Positions 37,665-48,500 of a stretch of DNA of 64,000 nucleotides are shown here, piece by piece. This stretch comes from Candidatus Bathyarchaeia archaeon. GTDB lineage: Archaea > Thermoproteota > Bathyarchaeia > 40CM-2-53-6. The translations under genes and the position numbers were made by a program. The notes under the pieces were generated by a model that was given only the letters and a program-made list of their open reading frames with translations, did no database searches and had not been told where the DNA came from. Position 1 is the stretch's first letter. Each line of letters opens with the position of its first letter. Location of the stretch: contig JBEKVV010000005.1 of NCBI GenBank assembly GCA_049513715.1, positions 64,001 through 128,000 of the forward strand. The letters run 5' to 3'.

Positions 37665-38614
37665 CAGTCCACCCTAGGAACTGGGGTCCTTCTCAAAATC
37701 TCGGTTACAATTGCGTTTGCATCGAACCCTCGAACCCATGAAGCCGCCTTAGGGATAATTCGGTGAGCTAACGCCTCAACAGATATTGATTTCACATCAT
37801 CGGGAAGAACATAGTCTCGTCCGTAAAACGCGGCATTTGCCCTCGCCAGCTTGAGCAGAGCAAGGGATCCCCTCGGACTGGCGCCCACCTCAACTTGAGA
37901 GTGGGTTCTTGTCTCACGTACAATCTCCGTGATATAGGAAAGCACATCATCTTCAACATGAATCTCTTCCACCGCGTGTTGCATTTCGACAACAGTTGCT
38001 GGATTTACGACGACGCCAACATTGAAGTCGTCCCGCTTGCGTTCGATGCGTCTTTTGAGTATTTCAAGCTCGTCTCGGCTCTCCGGATACCCGACTCCGA
38101 GCTTCATTATGAACCGGTCAAGTTGAGCTTCGGGCAGCTGGTAAACGCCCTCAAACTCAATCGGGTTCTGCGTGGCTAGAACGATGAATGGGTCTTCGAG
38201 TCTATGCGTTTTACCGTCAAGGGTGGTTTGACGTTCCTCCATTGCTTCAAGCAGTGCGGCCTGCGTCTTGGGAGGACTTCTGTTTATCTCATCAGCCAGC
38301 AGGATGTTTGTGAAAATCGGCCCCTTTCTGAGTTCAAAGTCACCCGTCTTCTGGTTATAGATGTAGATGCCAGTAATGTCGGCTGGGAGTAAGTCCGGTG
38401 TGAATTGGACCCTAAGAAACTTGCACCCAGTTGCGGCGGCGAGACTCCTAGCGATCATAGTCTTCGCCAGGCCCGGATAGTCCTCGATGAGTAAATGTGA
38501 GTTCGCAAGAACGCCGAGCAGGATTTTCCTAAGAACCTCTTCTTTCCCTACAATGACCTTGCCCAGTTCACTTTGAATTTGCTTACACTTTTGGGAAACA
38601 GCTTCGGTGTTCAC
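37664..38614 (-). CDS. moxR: MoxR-family AAA+ ATPase
   Basis: EDYPGLAKT, QFTPDLLPAD, LADEINR, ATQNPIE, GASPRG. Confidence 0.93.
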   Translation of the reverse strand: MNTEAVSQKCKQIQSELGKVIVGKEEVLRKILLGVLANSHLLIEDYPGLAKTMIARSLAAATGCKFLRVQFTPDLLPADITGIYIYNQKTGDFELRKGPIFTNILLADEINRSPPKTQAALLEAMEERQTTLDGKTHRLEDPFIVLATQNPIEFEGVYQLPEAQLDRFIMKLGVGYPESRDELEILKRRIERKRDDFNVGVVVNPATVVEMQHAVEEIHVEDDVLSYITEIVRETRTHSQVEVGASPRGSLALLKLARANAAFYGRDYVLPDDVKSISVEALAHRIIPKAASWVRGFDANAIVTEILRRTPVPRVD

Positions 38615-39117
38615 ACTAGCGACCTCTCAATTTTGGTGAGCGTGATGTCCAGTTCGCTCGTCGACGCATTTCTCAGAACGGGTTCGGTACCGCGAATCAT
38701 CCCAATCACATCACTCCTGACAAGTTGCGCGAGGGTGTTGGGCTGCTCGTTTGCCATACGGATCAAGTCATCTTCGGGGAGGTTTGTCTTGATGGCTGCG
38801 AAGCGTATTGCCATTGACCTTAACCTTTCTTCTAAGACCTGAACCGTTCGTGATTCATGTGAGAGCACACCGTATACTACTCTTTCTAAGTTTAGAAGCT
38901 CGTCATCACGCCGTGTTGAGAGTGTGGTTTTTCCAGGGCTTTTTCTACTGATGAGCTTTGCCAAATCGCTAAGAATGAACGTTGAAAGGAGAAGGAAAGC
39001 GGCGCCAAGGGCTACACGGAAGAGAAGCTCGATTTGGCCCAGAAAAGCATCCACGAACACGACCACGATCGAAAAGAAAATCGAAACCACAAGAATACTC
39101 TTTGTTGACTCCTTCAC
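38611..39117 (-). CDS. membrane-anchored hypothetical protein of the moxR operon
   Basis: Two N-terminal TM segments; overlaps both neighbours. Confidence 0.65.
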   Translation of the reverse strand: MKESTKSILVVSIFFSIVVVFVDAFLGQIELLFRVALGAAFLLLSTFILSDLAKLISRKSPGKTTLSTRRDDELLNLERVVYGVLSHESRTVQVLEERLRSMAIRFAAIKTNLPEDDLIRMANEQPNTLAQLVRSDVIGMIRGTEPVLRNASTSELDITLTKIERSLV

Positions 39118-40007
39118 GGCATTTCAACATCCATAACAAGGGCTCGACTGAGAGAACTCAATTCAGTAACCGCCAAAGTCCGTTTATCATCGTCTATGGT
39201 ATGATCACTGTATCGTGCTTCTTCAAAAAGCAATGTTAGCCCGTCCACTGACTCCTCGCCAAGTCTAAGTTTCCCGGATATGCTAGCTGAAAATTCACGT
39301 GCTGTTTGCGCAGAACCGATTTTGAAGCCATTATCTGAGAGCATCTTGCACATCTGTTTGTAGCATTTGACAATTACCTCGTGGTACTTCTCGTTGGAAT
39401 CCATTTCGGTCATCGCTTCCTGGATAAACCCAAGAACTTCTTTGCGGAGTTCCACTGGATTTTCAATCGGTCCTTTCTCGTGAGATTCTCTGTATGCGCT
39501 TCGAAAACCAAGAAAGAGTAGCACAAAGGAAGCTATGGAAATGGCACCGAACATTAAGATCGTATAGTAGTATGCAATGATCGTTGTTGGTGAGGCAATT
39601 GGCACGGATTGCGTTTGATTTGTTTTTGGTTTCCAGTTGGTGATTTGAGTGAGGAAAGCACTACTCTGCTGGAGCGCGTCGGTGATATTCTTGATAAGTC
39701 CCGAGCGAATGAGCGCATATGCGATCACGAGTACGACCGCCCAGCCAATAACTACGGCATGAAGGCTGATCTGAGTTCCTTCTTTCTTCGGGCGTGTCAA
39801 GAAAAATGCGGCAAGGATATCGATTATGGCCCTGCTGTTGATCAAGACAATAATCAGGTACCATGTTAAGAGAGTTGGAATTATGATCGGAGCCATAGCC
39901 CCTAGTAAGGGTGGACCTGGCGTGGCCCATGACACAGACCCTGTCAGAACGAGGACCAGAGCGAACAGAACGAGAACAGAAACATTCGGTTTGAGGCGCA
40001 TGATCAT
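39114..40007 (-). CDS. DUF4129 membrane protein
   Basis: CY..M...TAREF...LTLLFEEARYS. Confidence 0.8.
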   Translation of the reverse strand: MIMRLKPNVSVLVLFALVLVLTGSVSWATPGPPLLGAMAPIIIPTLLTWYLIIVLINSRAIIDILAAFFLTRPKKEGTQISLHAVVIGWAVVLVIAYALIRSGLIKNITDALQQSSAFLTQITNWKPKTNQTQSVPIASPTTIIAYYYTILMFGAISIASFVLLFLGFRSAYRESHEKGPIENPVELRKEVLGFIQEAMTEMDSNEKYHEVIVKCYKQMCKMLSDNGFKIGSAQTAREFSASISGKLRLGEESVDGLTLLFEEARYSDHTIDDDKRTLAVTELSSLSRALVMDVEMP

Positions 40008-40639
40008 CCCCCTCTTGTCTTACGCGGTGAAATCTTGGATACCTGTTTCCATATGTCAGCATTGACTGCCATTGAATCCTTTTCACCTTGCAAGACGTTC
40101 CAACCATACTTCCCGGCTAGGAGCAGATAGGCTCGCCGCACGGATGTAAGATACTTCAGATTTTCCTCATGAACATCGCGACAACGTTCCTTCCTGCTGA
40201 ACGAAATCCCCGGCGACACATCGAGAAGAAATACTGAGTCCGGTTTGGGCAAGCCCTTCTCTAACGAAATGAGCCATTCCAACGGGAGCCCGTGCGCCAT
40301 TCCGTATGCTAGGTTCGAAGCAGTGTACCGATTGATGATGACGTAGCGTCCTCGCTGAATCCCGGCTCTGATATTGGAGGCTCTTTCATACTTGTTTGCG
40401 GCATACAGCAGGTGAACTGCATGATAATCAAGCCGCTTGCTCCCCGCCAAATATGCTTTCAGTAACCGACCCACGGGGGTTGTGTAGTCAGGAAAACTCA
40501 TGATGGTTGCTGAGTAGCCCTCGAGCCGAAGCCGTTTCGCGAGAAGTCGTGTCTGAGTCTTTTTGCCGGACTGATCAATCCCTTCGATTGAGATGAGCGT
40601 GCCCCGGGTGCCTGCCAATTTTCCTGCGTCCGCAGTCAC
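40004..40639 (-). CDS. tmk: thymidylate kinase
   Basis: IEGIDQSGKKTQ, FP.Y.T, NRY..S.LAY, LPKPD. Confidence 0.9.
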   Translation of the reverse strand: MTADAGKLAGTRGTLISIEGIDQSGKKTQTRLLAKRLRLEGYSATIMSFPDYTTPVGRLLKAYLAGSKRLDYHAVHLLYAANKYERASNIRAGIQRGRYVIINRYTASNLAYGMAHGLPLEWLISLEKGLPKPDSVFLLDVSPGISFSRKERCRDVHEENLKYLTSVRRAYLLLAGKYGWNVLQGEKDSMAVNADIWKQVSKISPRKTRGG

Positions 40640-40738
40640 ACTAAGTAAAGCTGAACATTAAAACTGAGGGTTCCGACTCGGATCAAGCCAGTTCAAGTAC
40701 TATATACGAGAATCAAGCCTACAACTCCTTGAGGGATT

Positions 40739-41125
40739 TTGGTCAAGGCCAAGTTTGATTACACAGGTATTGGCGTGAGAAACCTTGATGCCTCCATCAA
40801 CTTCTACATAGAGAAGCTAGGCATGCAACTCATGAACAGATGCGATATCAAAGAGACAAAAGGTGAAATTGCCGAGCTGAAGACGCCAGAGGGAAACCAG
40901 AAGCTCGAACTAAACTGGTACGCAGATCGGAAAGACTACAAGAATGGCGATGAGGTTGACCATCTGGCGTTTACAGTAGAGGACGTTGATGCTGCCCTAG
41001 CCGAGCTAAAGAGCCAAGGTGTTGAGGTAGCCATGGAACCGTTCAATGAGGGCTCCGGCCGCTTAGCGTTCATCAAAGACCCAGACGGCATTTGGATTGA
41101 GTTAGAGGGACCCAAGAAACCATAA
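40739..41125 (+). CDS. VOC/glyoxalase family protein
   Basis: GVRNLDASINFY, LEL, DHLAF, FIKDPDGIWIEL. Confidence 0.88.
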   Translation: MVKAKFDYTGIGVRNLDASINFYIEKLGMQLMNRCDIKETKGEIAELKTPEGNQKLELNWYADRKDYKNGDEVDHLAFTVEDVDAALAELKSQGVEVAMEPFNEGSGRLAFIKDPDGIWIELEGPKKP

Positions 41126-41135
41126 CCTGTTCCAC

Positions 41136-42125
41136 TTAGAACGTTCTTGAAACTAGAAACTCAGCTATCGTACCAAGTTCGCTTCTTGCATCGGATTGTG
41201 GCAGCGTCTTCAAAGCATTCATGGCGTTGGCCAAATACGAACCGGCTTGGGTTTTGGCGTAGGTGATAGACCCGTATTTTCCGTACAACCCTACCGCTTT
41301 CTTTGTTTCTGCTCTGGTAATCTTCTTCTTTCCGAGCAGCCGCCTGAAGATCTTCTGATCTGACAAACTCGCAGTCTGAAGGAGGTGCGCTGCCATTATG
41401 GTTTTCTTTCCTTCCCTGATGTCTCCTCCAATCTCCTTCCCGTAATCCTTCACATCCCCTGCGACGTTTAGAATATCGTCGACAACTTGGAAGGCAATAC
41501 CTACGGTTTCTCCAAAATCCGCCAACGCATTCACTTGCTCTTGGGGTGCTCCACCAGCAATAGCTCCTGCCTCTGTTGACAATCGAGTTAACGCTCCAGT
41601 TTTGCACTTTAGGAGGCGAATCACCTCGTCCTCAGTGAACTCCTTCCTCTTCCACATATTGAACTCGAAAGCTTGTCCCCAAGTGATTTCGTACGCGCGC
41701 TCTGCGACGTGCTGAACAAGTTGGTGGCAGCGGTCTTGCGGAATCTTACTTGAGTTGGCGATCTCGAATACTTTTATGAGCATCGCGTCACCTGCATTAA
41801 TCGCCGCGGGTATCCCGTAGATTCTGTGTATGCAGGGCTTTCCGCGGCGTAGCTGGCTTCGGTCCTCTATGTCATCATGAACGAGTGTCATGTTGTGAAG
41901 CAGCTCAACAGATGCCGCAGCTCCCAACGCATCCTCTTTGCGGCCACCGACGGACTCACACGCCAGAAATGTGAGCGCAGGTCGGATGCGTTTTCCACCT
42001 CGGTCCAAGAGATCCCAAACGGATGCGTAGAATTCCTTGGGCTCACCTGTGCGGGGTAGATGTCTTTCCAGTTCGGCTTCGACTTCGCCTTTGTACTTCT
42101 CGAGGATTTCCAGCGCAGATTTCAT
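41136..42125 (-). CDS. polyprenyl (geranylgeranyl) diphosphate synthase
   Basis: GGKRIRP, HDDIED...RRG, GQ, KT, FQVVDDIL; start ATG 42125. Confidence 0.9.
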   Translation of the reverse strand: MKSALEILEKYKGEVEAELERHLPRTGEPKEFYASVWDLLDRGGKRIRPALTFLACESVGGRKEDALGAAASVELLHNMTLVHDDIEDRSQLRRGKPCIHRIYGIPAAINAGDAMLIKVFEIANSSKIPQDRCHQLVQHVAERAYEITWGQAFEFNMWKRKEFTEDEVIRLLKCKTGALTRLSTEAGAIAGGAPQEQVNALADFGETVGIAFQVVDDILNVAGDVKDYGKEIGGDIREGKKTIMAAHLLQTASLSDQKIFRRLLGKKKITRAETKKAVGLYGKYGSITYAKTQAGSYLANAMNALKTLPQSDARSELGTIAEFLVSRTF

Positions 42126-42341
42126 GTTTCTCCAGAATGTCGGTTGTGCTTCTTCAAGTCTGCTGAAGATGGGTAAACCTGTTTGGGAAAATCGTGATAT
42201 GCTTTGGCTTATCCTGGTTCCGATTTGGAGAGGCAGTAAGATTCTCAGTCTGGAGCGTGGTGATGAATTGCTATATATGACGTACGGAATGTTTTGCGAC
42301 GCCAAACCCAACCGCGCCCAACAAGACGGAAAGTGCAACGG

Positions 42342-43195
42342 ATGCCCATTGCGAGTTTCATCATAACATTCAGGGAGGCGCTAGAAGCAGCTCTCATCTT
42401 AGGTATCGTGGCCGCCTACCTTAAGAAAACAGGACGTACCGACGCGAACCGATACTTATACCTCGGAACAGCATCCGCAATCGGAGCTGCGTCGCGTTCG
42501 CTCTCGCGCTTCAAGCAATCTACGGTGGGCTAATTGGAGTCTATGAGAGCCTCTTCGGAGGATTGACAGCCCTTGCCGTCGTAGGTTTCCTCACCTACAT
42601 GATATTCTGGATGTCCAAAAATGCCAAGAACATGAAAGGCGACCTTGAACGCAAGATTTGATTGGCTTTAACAAACGGCCAACTCCTCGGCGTTGCAGCC
42701 ATAGCCTTCATCGCCGTCTTCCGAGAGGGAATAGAAACAGTCCTTCTCCTAACGGCTGTATTCTTCGTCTACCGTCCGGGCACGACCATCGGCATCTTGG
42801 TCGGGCTGATCGCAGTAGCCGCGGTCTTTGGAGTTGTAATGAAGAGTTCGTATAGGTTGAACCTTCACAGCTTCCTCAAGTACACAAGCATGATCCTGCT
42901 CGTGTTCGCGGCAGGCCTAGTCAGCTTCGCTGCTCATGAACTAGCCGAAACCTCAGAAGCTCTGGGAGTTAACATGGGGATTCTGGGCCAACAGGCTTTC
43001 AACTTTCAGGTGGCAACATCAAGCATGTTCAACGAAGAAGGCTCATTGGGTTCAGTGCTCTCTACTCTCTTCGGGTACACACTAAGCCCTGAATGGATCA
43101 GGTTAGCTGTCTTCCTAGGTTACTGGCTGGTTATCGGTGGATACCTAGCGTTCACGTACCGAGACTTTGCCCATCACGCCATAACGGCCACCTAA
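42342..43195 (+). pseudogene. FTR1-family iron permease, disrupted
   Basis: REALE and REGIE motifs in different frames; frameshift near 42490 and in-frame TGA at 42659-42661. Confidence 0.8.
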
Positions 43196-45453
43196 ACAGT
43201 TGGCAAGGGCTCATATTTCTCAGTCAAAACCCTTCGAATCTCCTCCGAGATCTTTTCCCCTATACCTGAAACTGACATTAGCTCCTGCTTCGACGTCGCA
43301 AAGACATGTTCAACGGTGTGAAAGGCTGCAAGGAGCTTGCGGGCGCGAGTCCTGTCGATGTTAGGTAGGCTTGAAACGATGAATTCCTGCTGGTCTTTAA
43401 GTGCCATAGGTTTGATCTGCGTCATGATTCGCGGCGTACGTTTGTCTTGGATCTGTTCGCGGCGGGCTATCGCGAACATTAGTTGGGCAGTCTCGGAAGG
43501 CTTCTGAGTCCAGACCAGTGGAATCCCGTAATCGATTAAGACGCTGGCATACGCGCCCATCATAGCCTCTGGCCGAACCCGGCCTGAACCGGTAATGCTT
43601 TCACCTTCTACGAGCACAATCGGTTTAGCGTAGGATTCCTTCAACTTAGCAGCTTGCTGAAAGAGTCGTCCGTCGATTATTGATGAAGCGAAATCATCCA
43701 CGCCCTTTCGCTCCACTACAACCCTGTCTGAGAGGACGAAGTCCCCTACGCTGAGGGTTTCAGATTTCACCAGTGCGCCAAGTTTCGCCAGCTCCCTCGT
43801 TACTAATGCGCCGAGTTCTCTCGAATCGGCCACCACAACTACTTGTTCAACCATTTTTCTTTCCTTCATATCAGATGAGATGAATTTCTCCATACGAACC
43901 TGGTCTGGGGATTGGGTACTCTGGGCCTTCACGAATTGCCGAATGGCGCTCGCCATTTCTCGTTCCTTCCGTTGCGATATCCAGTAGTACGCCTCGTCGC
44001 GTGTGCCCTTCGCGATCAGAATAATCGCCTCCCCTGGACCCTTTCGACCTGTTCTTCCTCGGCGTTGAATGTACCTGATTGCGCTGGGAACTGTGTCGTA
44101 GAAGATGACTTCGTCGCACTCGACAATATCCAGGCCTTCTTCGCCGATTTGTGTTGCGACGAGAACATTGTAGGCACCAGACCTGAAATCGTCAAGAATC
44201 ATTGTTTGCTTCTTCTGAGTAAGCCCCCGGTCTCTTTCCCTGGAAGCCTGCCCCACCAGTCGCACCGCTGTAACTCCCTCAACTTTGTTGAGAACTTCCA
44301 CAAGCCTCGCTGCTGTGATCCTGTAGTTAGTGAAGACCATGACGCGGCGGGCACCCTTTGCAAGCGCAGCCCGAATTGACCTTATCAGCTCCGTGACCTT
44401 GGGATGGTCCGCCTCCTTCGCAACGAGTTCGTTAACAATGGACCCCACTCTTTTGATCCTCGCGTCATCCAGAATCATCTTAAGGCCCGGCGACGACCGT
44501 TTCTCACCTTTCTCTTGGAGACTGTCCAAATGCTCCTTCAAGGCCGGGATCCCTTGAGTCTCTAGAAACTCAATCGCCCTGATTGCGTGCACTGCCGCGT
44601 ACACGTAGGCCAAGAACGCCTTAGCATCCCTGTTGCCTTGCGCCGCGTCGGTTAGAATTCGCTGCCTGGCTTCAAGAACATCCCTCAGCCTCACCCGGTC
44701 CATAGCAGCGGTTTCAAGGTACCCGTGGTCTCGAACCGTCCTCAGCTTTTCCCTCAGAAAGGCCTCCAGATCACGTTTCACGTCGTAGAATATCGGCGGC
44801 AGACTGACGGTAATCCATTTGACCTCAATTCCTCCCACGTACCGTCGCACGTCGTCGCTCTGGGTCGTGCGTGACTCAACCCATACTAAGTGAAGGTTTG
44901 AGCAGATTTCACGAACGTCTGCCTCACTTGAGCCCGGCGAAGCGGTTAAGCCAAGAATTAGACCATCATTAATGGTTGCGTAGCGGTCGGCGATGAATAC
45001 GTACGGGTAATCTCCCACACCCCTGTGGGCCTCATCAAAAACCAACAAAGAGAATCTGCCTAACTGAACTTTTCCCGTGAGTAGATCATTCATGAAGACT
45101 TGAGGGGTCGAGAAGATTACAGACTTGGTCCAACCTTCAACACGTTCCTCCGGCGTTACCTCCCCCGTAAGCCAAACAAAGGAACCGGTGGGGACATTCA
45201 AGGTTTTCTGGAAACTCTTGAAGTGCTGAAGTACGAGTGGCTTGGTCGGGGCCAAAACGACAACGCCCCTCTCAGGAAATTGCCGGAGTCGCTCAGCGGC
45301 GACATACGCCGCTATGACTGACTTCCCCAATCCTGTAGGTAAGCATACGAGGGTATTCCTGCGTAGAGCGCCCTTGGCGATGGCTTCCTGGTAGGACCGC
45401 CGCTCGACAGAATCCAACCTCAACAGAGGGTTTGATTCAATGTCGAATGGCAT
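43192..45453 (-). CDS. hef: Hef helicase/ERCC4 (XPF) nuclease
   Basis: LPTGLGKS, DEAH, TASPG, QRRGRTGR; C-terminal ERK...DGRL nuclease and HhH. Confidence 0.93.
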   Translation of the reverse strand: MPFDIESNPLLRLDSVERRSYQEAIAKGALRRNTLVCLPTGLGKSVIAAYVAAERLRQFPERGVVVLAPTKPLVLQHFKSFQKTLNVPTGSFVWLTGEVTPEERVEGWTKSVIFSTPQVFMNDLLTGKVQLGRFSLLVFDEAHRGVGDYPYVFIADRYATINDGLILGLTASPGSSEADVREICSNLHLVWVESRTTQSDDVRRYVGGIEVKWITVSLPPIFYDVKRDLEAFLREKLRTVRDHGYLETAAMDRVRLRDVLEARQRILTDAAQGNRDAKAFLAYVYAAVHAIRAIEFLETQGIPALKEHLDSLQEKGEKRSSPGLKMILDDARIKRVGSIVNELVAKEADHPKVTELIRSIRAALAKGARRVMVFTNYRITAARLVEVLNKVEGVTAVRLVGQASRERDRGLTQKKQTMILDDFRSGAYNVLVATQIGEEGLDIVECDEVIFYDTVPSAIRYIQRRGRTGRKGPGEAIILIAKGTRDEAYYWISQRKEREMASAIRQFVKAQSTQSPDQVRMEKFISSDMKERKMVEQVVVVADSRELGALVTRELAKLGALVKSETLSVGDFVLSDRVVVERKGVDDFASSIIDGRLFQQAAKLKESYAKPIVLVEGESITGSGRVRPEAMMGAYASVLIDYGIPLVWTQKPSETAQLMFAIARREQIQDKRTPRIMTQIKPMALKDQQEFIVSSLPNIDRTRARKLLAAFHTVEHVFATSKQELMSVSGIGEKISEEIRRVLTEKYEPLPTV

Positions 45454-45582
45454 GTCGTCAACCCCCTACGCGGATGCGGTATGGAATCGAGTAACACGTG
45501 TATAAGTCACGGGGTCTCGACGACCCTGCCCCAAAGCGCTCGAGACAAAAAAAGGATAGATAAAAGAAAAACTGGACGAGTT

Positions 45583-46491
45583 CTACGCTTGCTTGGCGCC
45601 ACAGTTTCCACAGAATCTTGCGCCTGCGGCAAGCTTGCCCCCGCAGCTTACGCAGAACTTGCTTCCCTCCATTGTTGCTGGAGGGGGTGGGGGTGGTGTC
45701 GGGGGAGCTGGCGCAGCAGCGCCGCAACTTGGGCAGAACTTGTGGAAAGGCTGCAGAGCGGCCCCGCAGGACGCGCAGACCAAACCACCAGCCGTTGTTG
45801 GCATTGCTTGGGCCTTCAGTTCTGCGGGTGCGCCTTCGTTGTAGAGAAGGCCAAGCGACCTAAACAGGAATACTGAGAACGGTGGGCCAACAATCGCCGA
45901 AATTATCCATCCGACGAAGGGGATTACTCCCGAAATGACGCCGAGTACCAAGGCGAGTACGACCGTTGCGATTATCCAACCGAGGTATCTTCCCCAGCCG
46001 ATTCCTCGAATGATGGACAGGATTTCACCGAATGCAAACGCCTTACCAAACTTCCCAGTCTTAATCATATGAGCCAAGCCCACGCCCAGCAAAAGCAGCA
46101 ATACGATGGCCAGAACCACTCCTACTAGAATCAGAATCAGGCCAGTTCCGCCAAGCACTACGGCACCCATATCCGAAAAGTTCCCGGCCATGAAGACACC
46201 AGCGAAGATGGAACCTGCACCTGCAAAAATCAACGCCAGAGGAACGATCATGTAGATGAGAGAGGCGAAGAATACCTTCGCACCGTCCACGAAGAGTTCC
46301 CCATATTTCTCCAGCTTGGGTGGAGCCTCGCTGCCCGGGCTCTCTCTTAGCACTCTTGCTGCATAACCTATCACAATCCAGTCCACGAGAGGAATTATAT
46401 CTAGAATGATCAGAATTACCAATCGTCCAATATCGCTGAAAAGCTTCTTCGCATAGTCGAAGCTGTTGCCGAAATTCTCGCTAAGGTTCAC
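45583..46491 (-). CDS. DUF4013 membrane protein with double zinc ribbon
   Basis: IIP...GY..RVL...P; multiple TM segments; four CxxC; poly-Pro linker. Confidence 0.8.
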   Translation of the reverse strand: MNLSENFGNSFDYAKKLFSDIGRLVILIILDIIPLVDWIVIGYAARVLRESPGSEAPPKLEKYGELFVDGAKVFFASLIYMIVPLALIFAGAGSIFAGVFMAGNFSDMGAVVLGGTGLILILVGVVLAIVLLLLLGVGLAHMIKTGKFGKAFAFGEILSIIRGIGWGRYLGWIIATVVLALVLGVISGVIPFVGWIISAIVGPPFSVFLFRSLGLLYNEGAPAELKAQAMPTTAGGLVCASCGAALQPFHKFCPSCGAAAPAPPTPPPPPPATMEGSKFCVSCGGKLAAGARFCGNCGAKQA

Positions 46492-46655
46492 TACAATATG
46501 CCTCAAATCGAGCAGAATATCTCCAACGCATATAAAACTGTGCAGAGCTGAAGGATTCGCATGGACGCATGGCATGATTGGCTCCGAGGAAACTCGACAA
46601 GGAACAGATGCATCTCTGAGCCACTAGGGGAGAAGAGCGGACCTGAAGTAGACAG

Positions 46656-47006
46656 CTACTCGGGTCGCTCTCTTAACCTTCGGAGTTTCTCGATAGCGTC
46701 CAGCCAACTCGTCAACGCGGTCCCATATGCAGCTAGTTTTTCGGGATCTGTCTCGCTTCGTAAATAAGAGTTCATTTCCTGGATTTTCTCTAAGAGTGTC
46801 TTCTCAGAGTTCTCGAGGACTTTGTCGGACATTAGGCGTGATTCGTCTTCGGCGGTCTTGATTATGGCGACGGGTTGATTGCATTTGGGGCAGAAGGTTT
46901 CCTTCCCTTTCCTGAAGAGAGGGGTTCCACACACTGGGCAGGTTTCCTGAAGCATGGTTGCCCCTGATTTCAGAAGGTCGGCCATCTTCTTGACTTCGAT
47001 TCCCAC
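46656..47006 (-). CDS. UPF0148 / autoantigen-p27-like Zn-finger protein
   Basis: MADLLKSGATMLQETCPVCGTPLF...FCPKC. Confidence 0.85.
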   Translation of the reverse strand: MGIEVKKMADLLKSGATMLQETCPVCGTPLFRKGKETFCPKCNQPVAIIKTAEDESRLMSDKVLENSEKTLLEKIQEMNSYLRSETDPEKLAAYGTALTSWLDAIEKLRRLRERPE

Positions 47007-47162
47007 GAACGTTTACCGTATAGGACTATGGCGGATGGCTTTTACGCTTGTTGGCTGGGCGGAGAATGGATGTTTCATCCTTGTAGTTGTTAAGAAAGAC
47101 TTTAGATATTGCAGGTGAGTTCTTCTCATTGAAAGGTCTCCTAGTATGCGGGGATGTGTGCT

Positions 47163-47444
47163 ATGTCAACCAAAGCCAAAAGGAAAGAGGAATACGAGGG
47201 ACGAATCAAACAGGCTTTGGCCATACTAAATGATGTTTCTAACGACAACACAACCCCTCGGAACATCCGTAGAGCGGCGAAGAGCGCTTTGGATACTCTA
47301 CAGGCCGCTGACCTTAGTTTGGGCGTTAGGGCCGCCAATGCGATCTCAATTCTCGATGACATAAGCCAAGACCCAAACATGCCACCCTATACTCGCGTGA
47401 AGATTTGGAACGCCGTGAGTTTGATAGAGGCTATTAAGGACTAA
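47163..47444 (+). CDS. UPF0147 family protein
   Basis: DNTTPRNIRRAA...AIS.LDDISQDPNMP.YTR. Confidence 0.88.
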   Translation: MSTKAKRKEEYEGRIKQALAILNDVSNDNTTPRNIRRAAKSALDTLQAADLSLGVRAANAISILDDISQDPNMPPYTRVKIWNAVSLIEAIKD

Positions 47445-47504
47445 AAGTGGCTCTACTGTCGCCTCGTTTCGAATTGAGGAACATCTCAGTAGGATTGTTA
47501 TGCC

Positions 47505-48500
47505 ATGGGCACGGCAGTGAAGACTTTCGGCATTACGAAACGATTCGGCAGTTTGACCGCTGTTGATCATATTGACCTTGAAATCTCATCTGAGGAGGTC
47601 TTCGGCCTACTCGGCCCCAATGGCGCGGGAAAGACAACTCTCACACGTATGTTGACAACGGTGATGTCTCCTACATCGGGAACCGCGACGGTCGCGGGAG
47701 TCGACATTCGCCGGAACCCAGCAGGAGTCCGCGACCGAATAGGTGTAGTGTCACAAGCAATGACATTGGACGTTGAGCTAACAGCAATGGAGAACATGGT
47801 ACTCTACGCCAAGTACTATGATGTACCTCACAACGTGAGACAGAAGAGAATCAAGGAACTCCTCGAAGTCGTCGGATTGGCTGACCGAGCCGACTACACC
47901 GTAGGAAGCTACTCAGGCGGTATGAAGAGGCGCCTTGAAATCGTCAGGTCGCTCGTACACCAGCCGGAGATTCTATTCCTAGACGAACCCACAACCGGAT
48001 TAGACCCGCAAGCACGAAACGCGGTCTGGGAGCACCTCCAAAGAATACACAAAGAGGAAGGAATCACGCTTGTGATTACGACCCACTACCTAGATGAAGC
48101 TGAAGGCTTGTGCGACAGGGTTGCGATTGTGGATTTCGGAAAGCTTGTCGCCTTGGGGACTCCTTCCGATTTGAAGAGAGAAGTGTCAGGTGGCGATGTG
48201 GTCGAAGCTGAATTTGCCAAATTGCCGGATACTGCATTGCAGGCTCTGAAATCGTCCGATTTTGTTCTAGATGTTTCAACGAAAGAGAATTCCCTCAGGG
48301 TCGTTGTAAAGAGCGGCGCGGAAGCGGTTCCCAGAATTGTTGAGCTGATAAATGCCAAAGGCGGCAAGATCCGGTCTCTTACGCTTCGTGAGCCAACATT
48401 AGATGATGTGTTCCTGCACTTCACTGGACGAAGCATCAGAGAGGACACGGATATCACTAAGAAGAGATTCGTAAGCAGCTGGGCGGCGATGCGAAGATGA
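47505..48500 (+). CDS. ABC-2 (DrrA-like) exporter ATP-binding subunit
   Basis: GPNGAGKTT, YSGGMKRR, LFLDEPT. Confidence 0.92.
   Translation: MGTAVKTFGITKRFGSLTAVDHIDLEISSEEVFGLLGPNGAGKTTLTRMLTTVMSPTSGTATVAGVDIRRNPAGVRDRIGVVSQAMTLDVELTAMENMVLYAKYYDVPHNVRQKRIKELLEVVGLADRADYTVGSYSGGMKRRLEIVRSLVHQPEILFLDEPTTGLDPQARNAVWEHLQRIHKEEGITLVITTHYLDEAEGLCDRVAIVDFGKLVALGTPSDLKREVSGGDVVEAEFAKLPDTALQALKSSDFVLDVSTKENSLRVVVKSGAEAVPRIVELINAKGGKIRSLTLREPTLDDVFLHFTGRSIREDTDITKKRFVSSWAAMRR

Noticed and set aside
42126..42338. N-terminal extension of the prenyltransferase ORF
   Set aside because: Family similarity begins near ATG 42125; the extension spans the divergent intergenic region.
42659..42661. In-frame TGA in FTR1 as selenocysteine or readthrough
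   Set aside because: Not a Cys-type position, and a separate upstream frameshift indicates a pseudogene.
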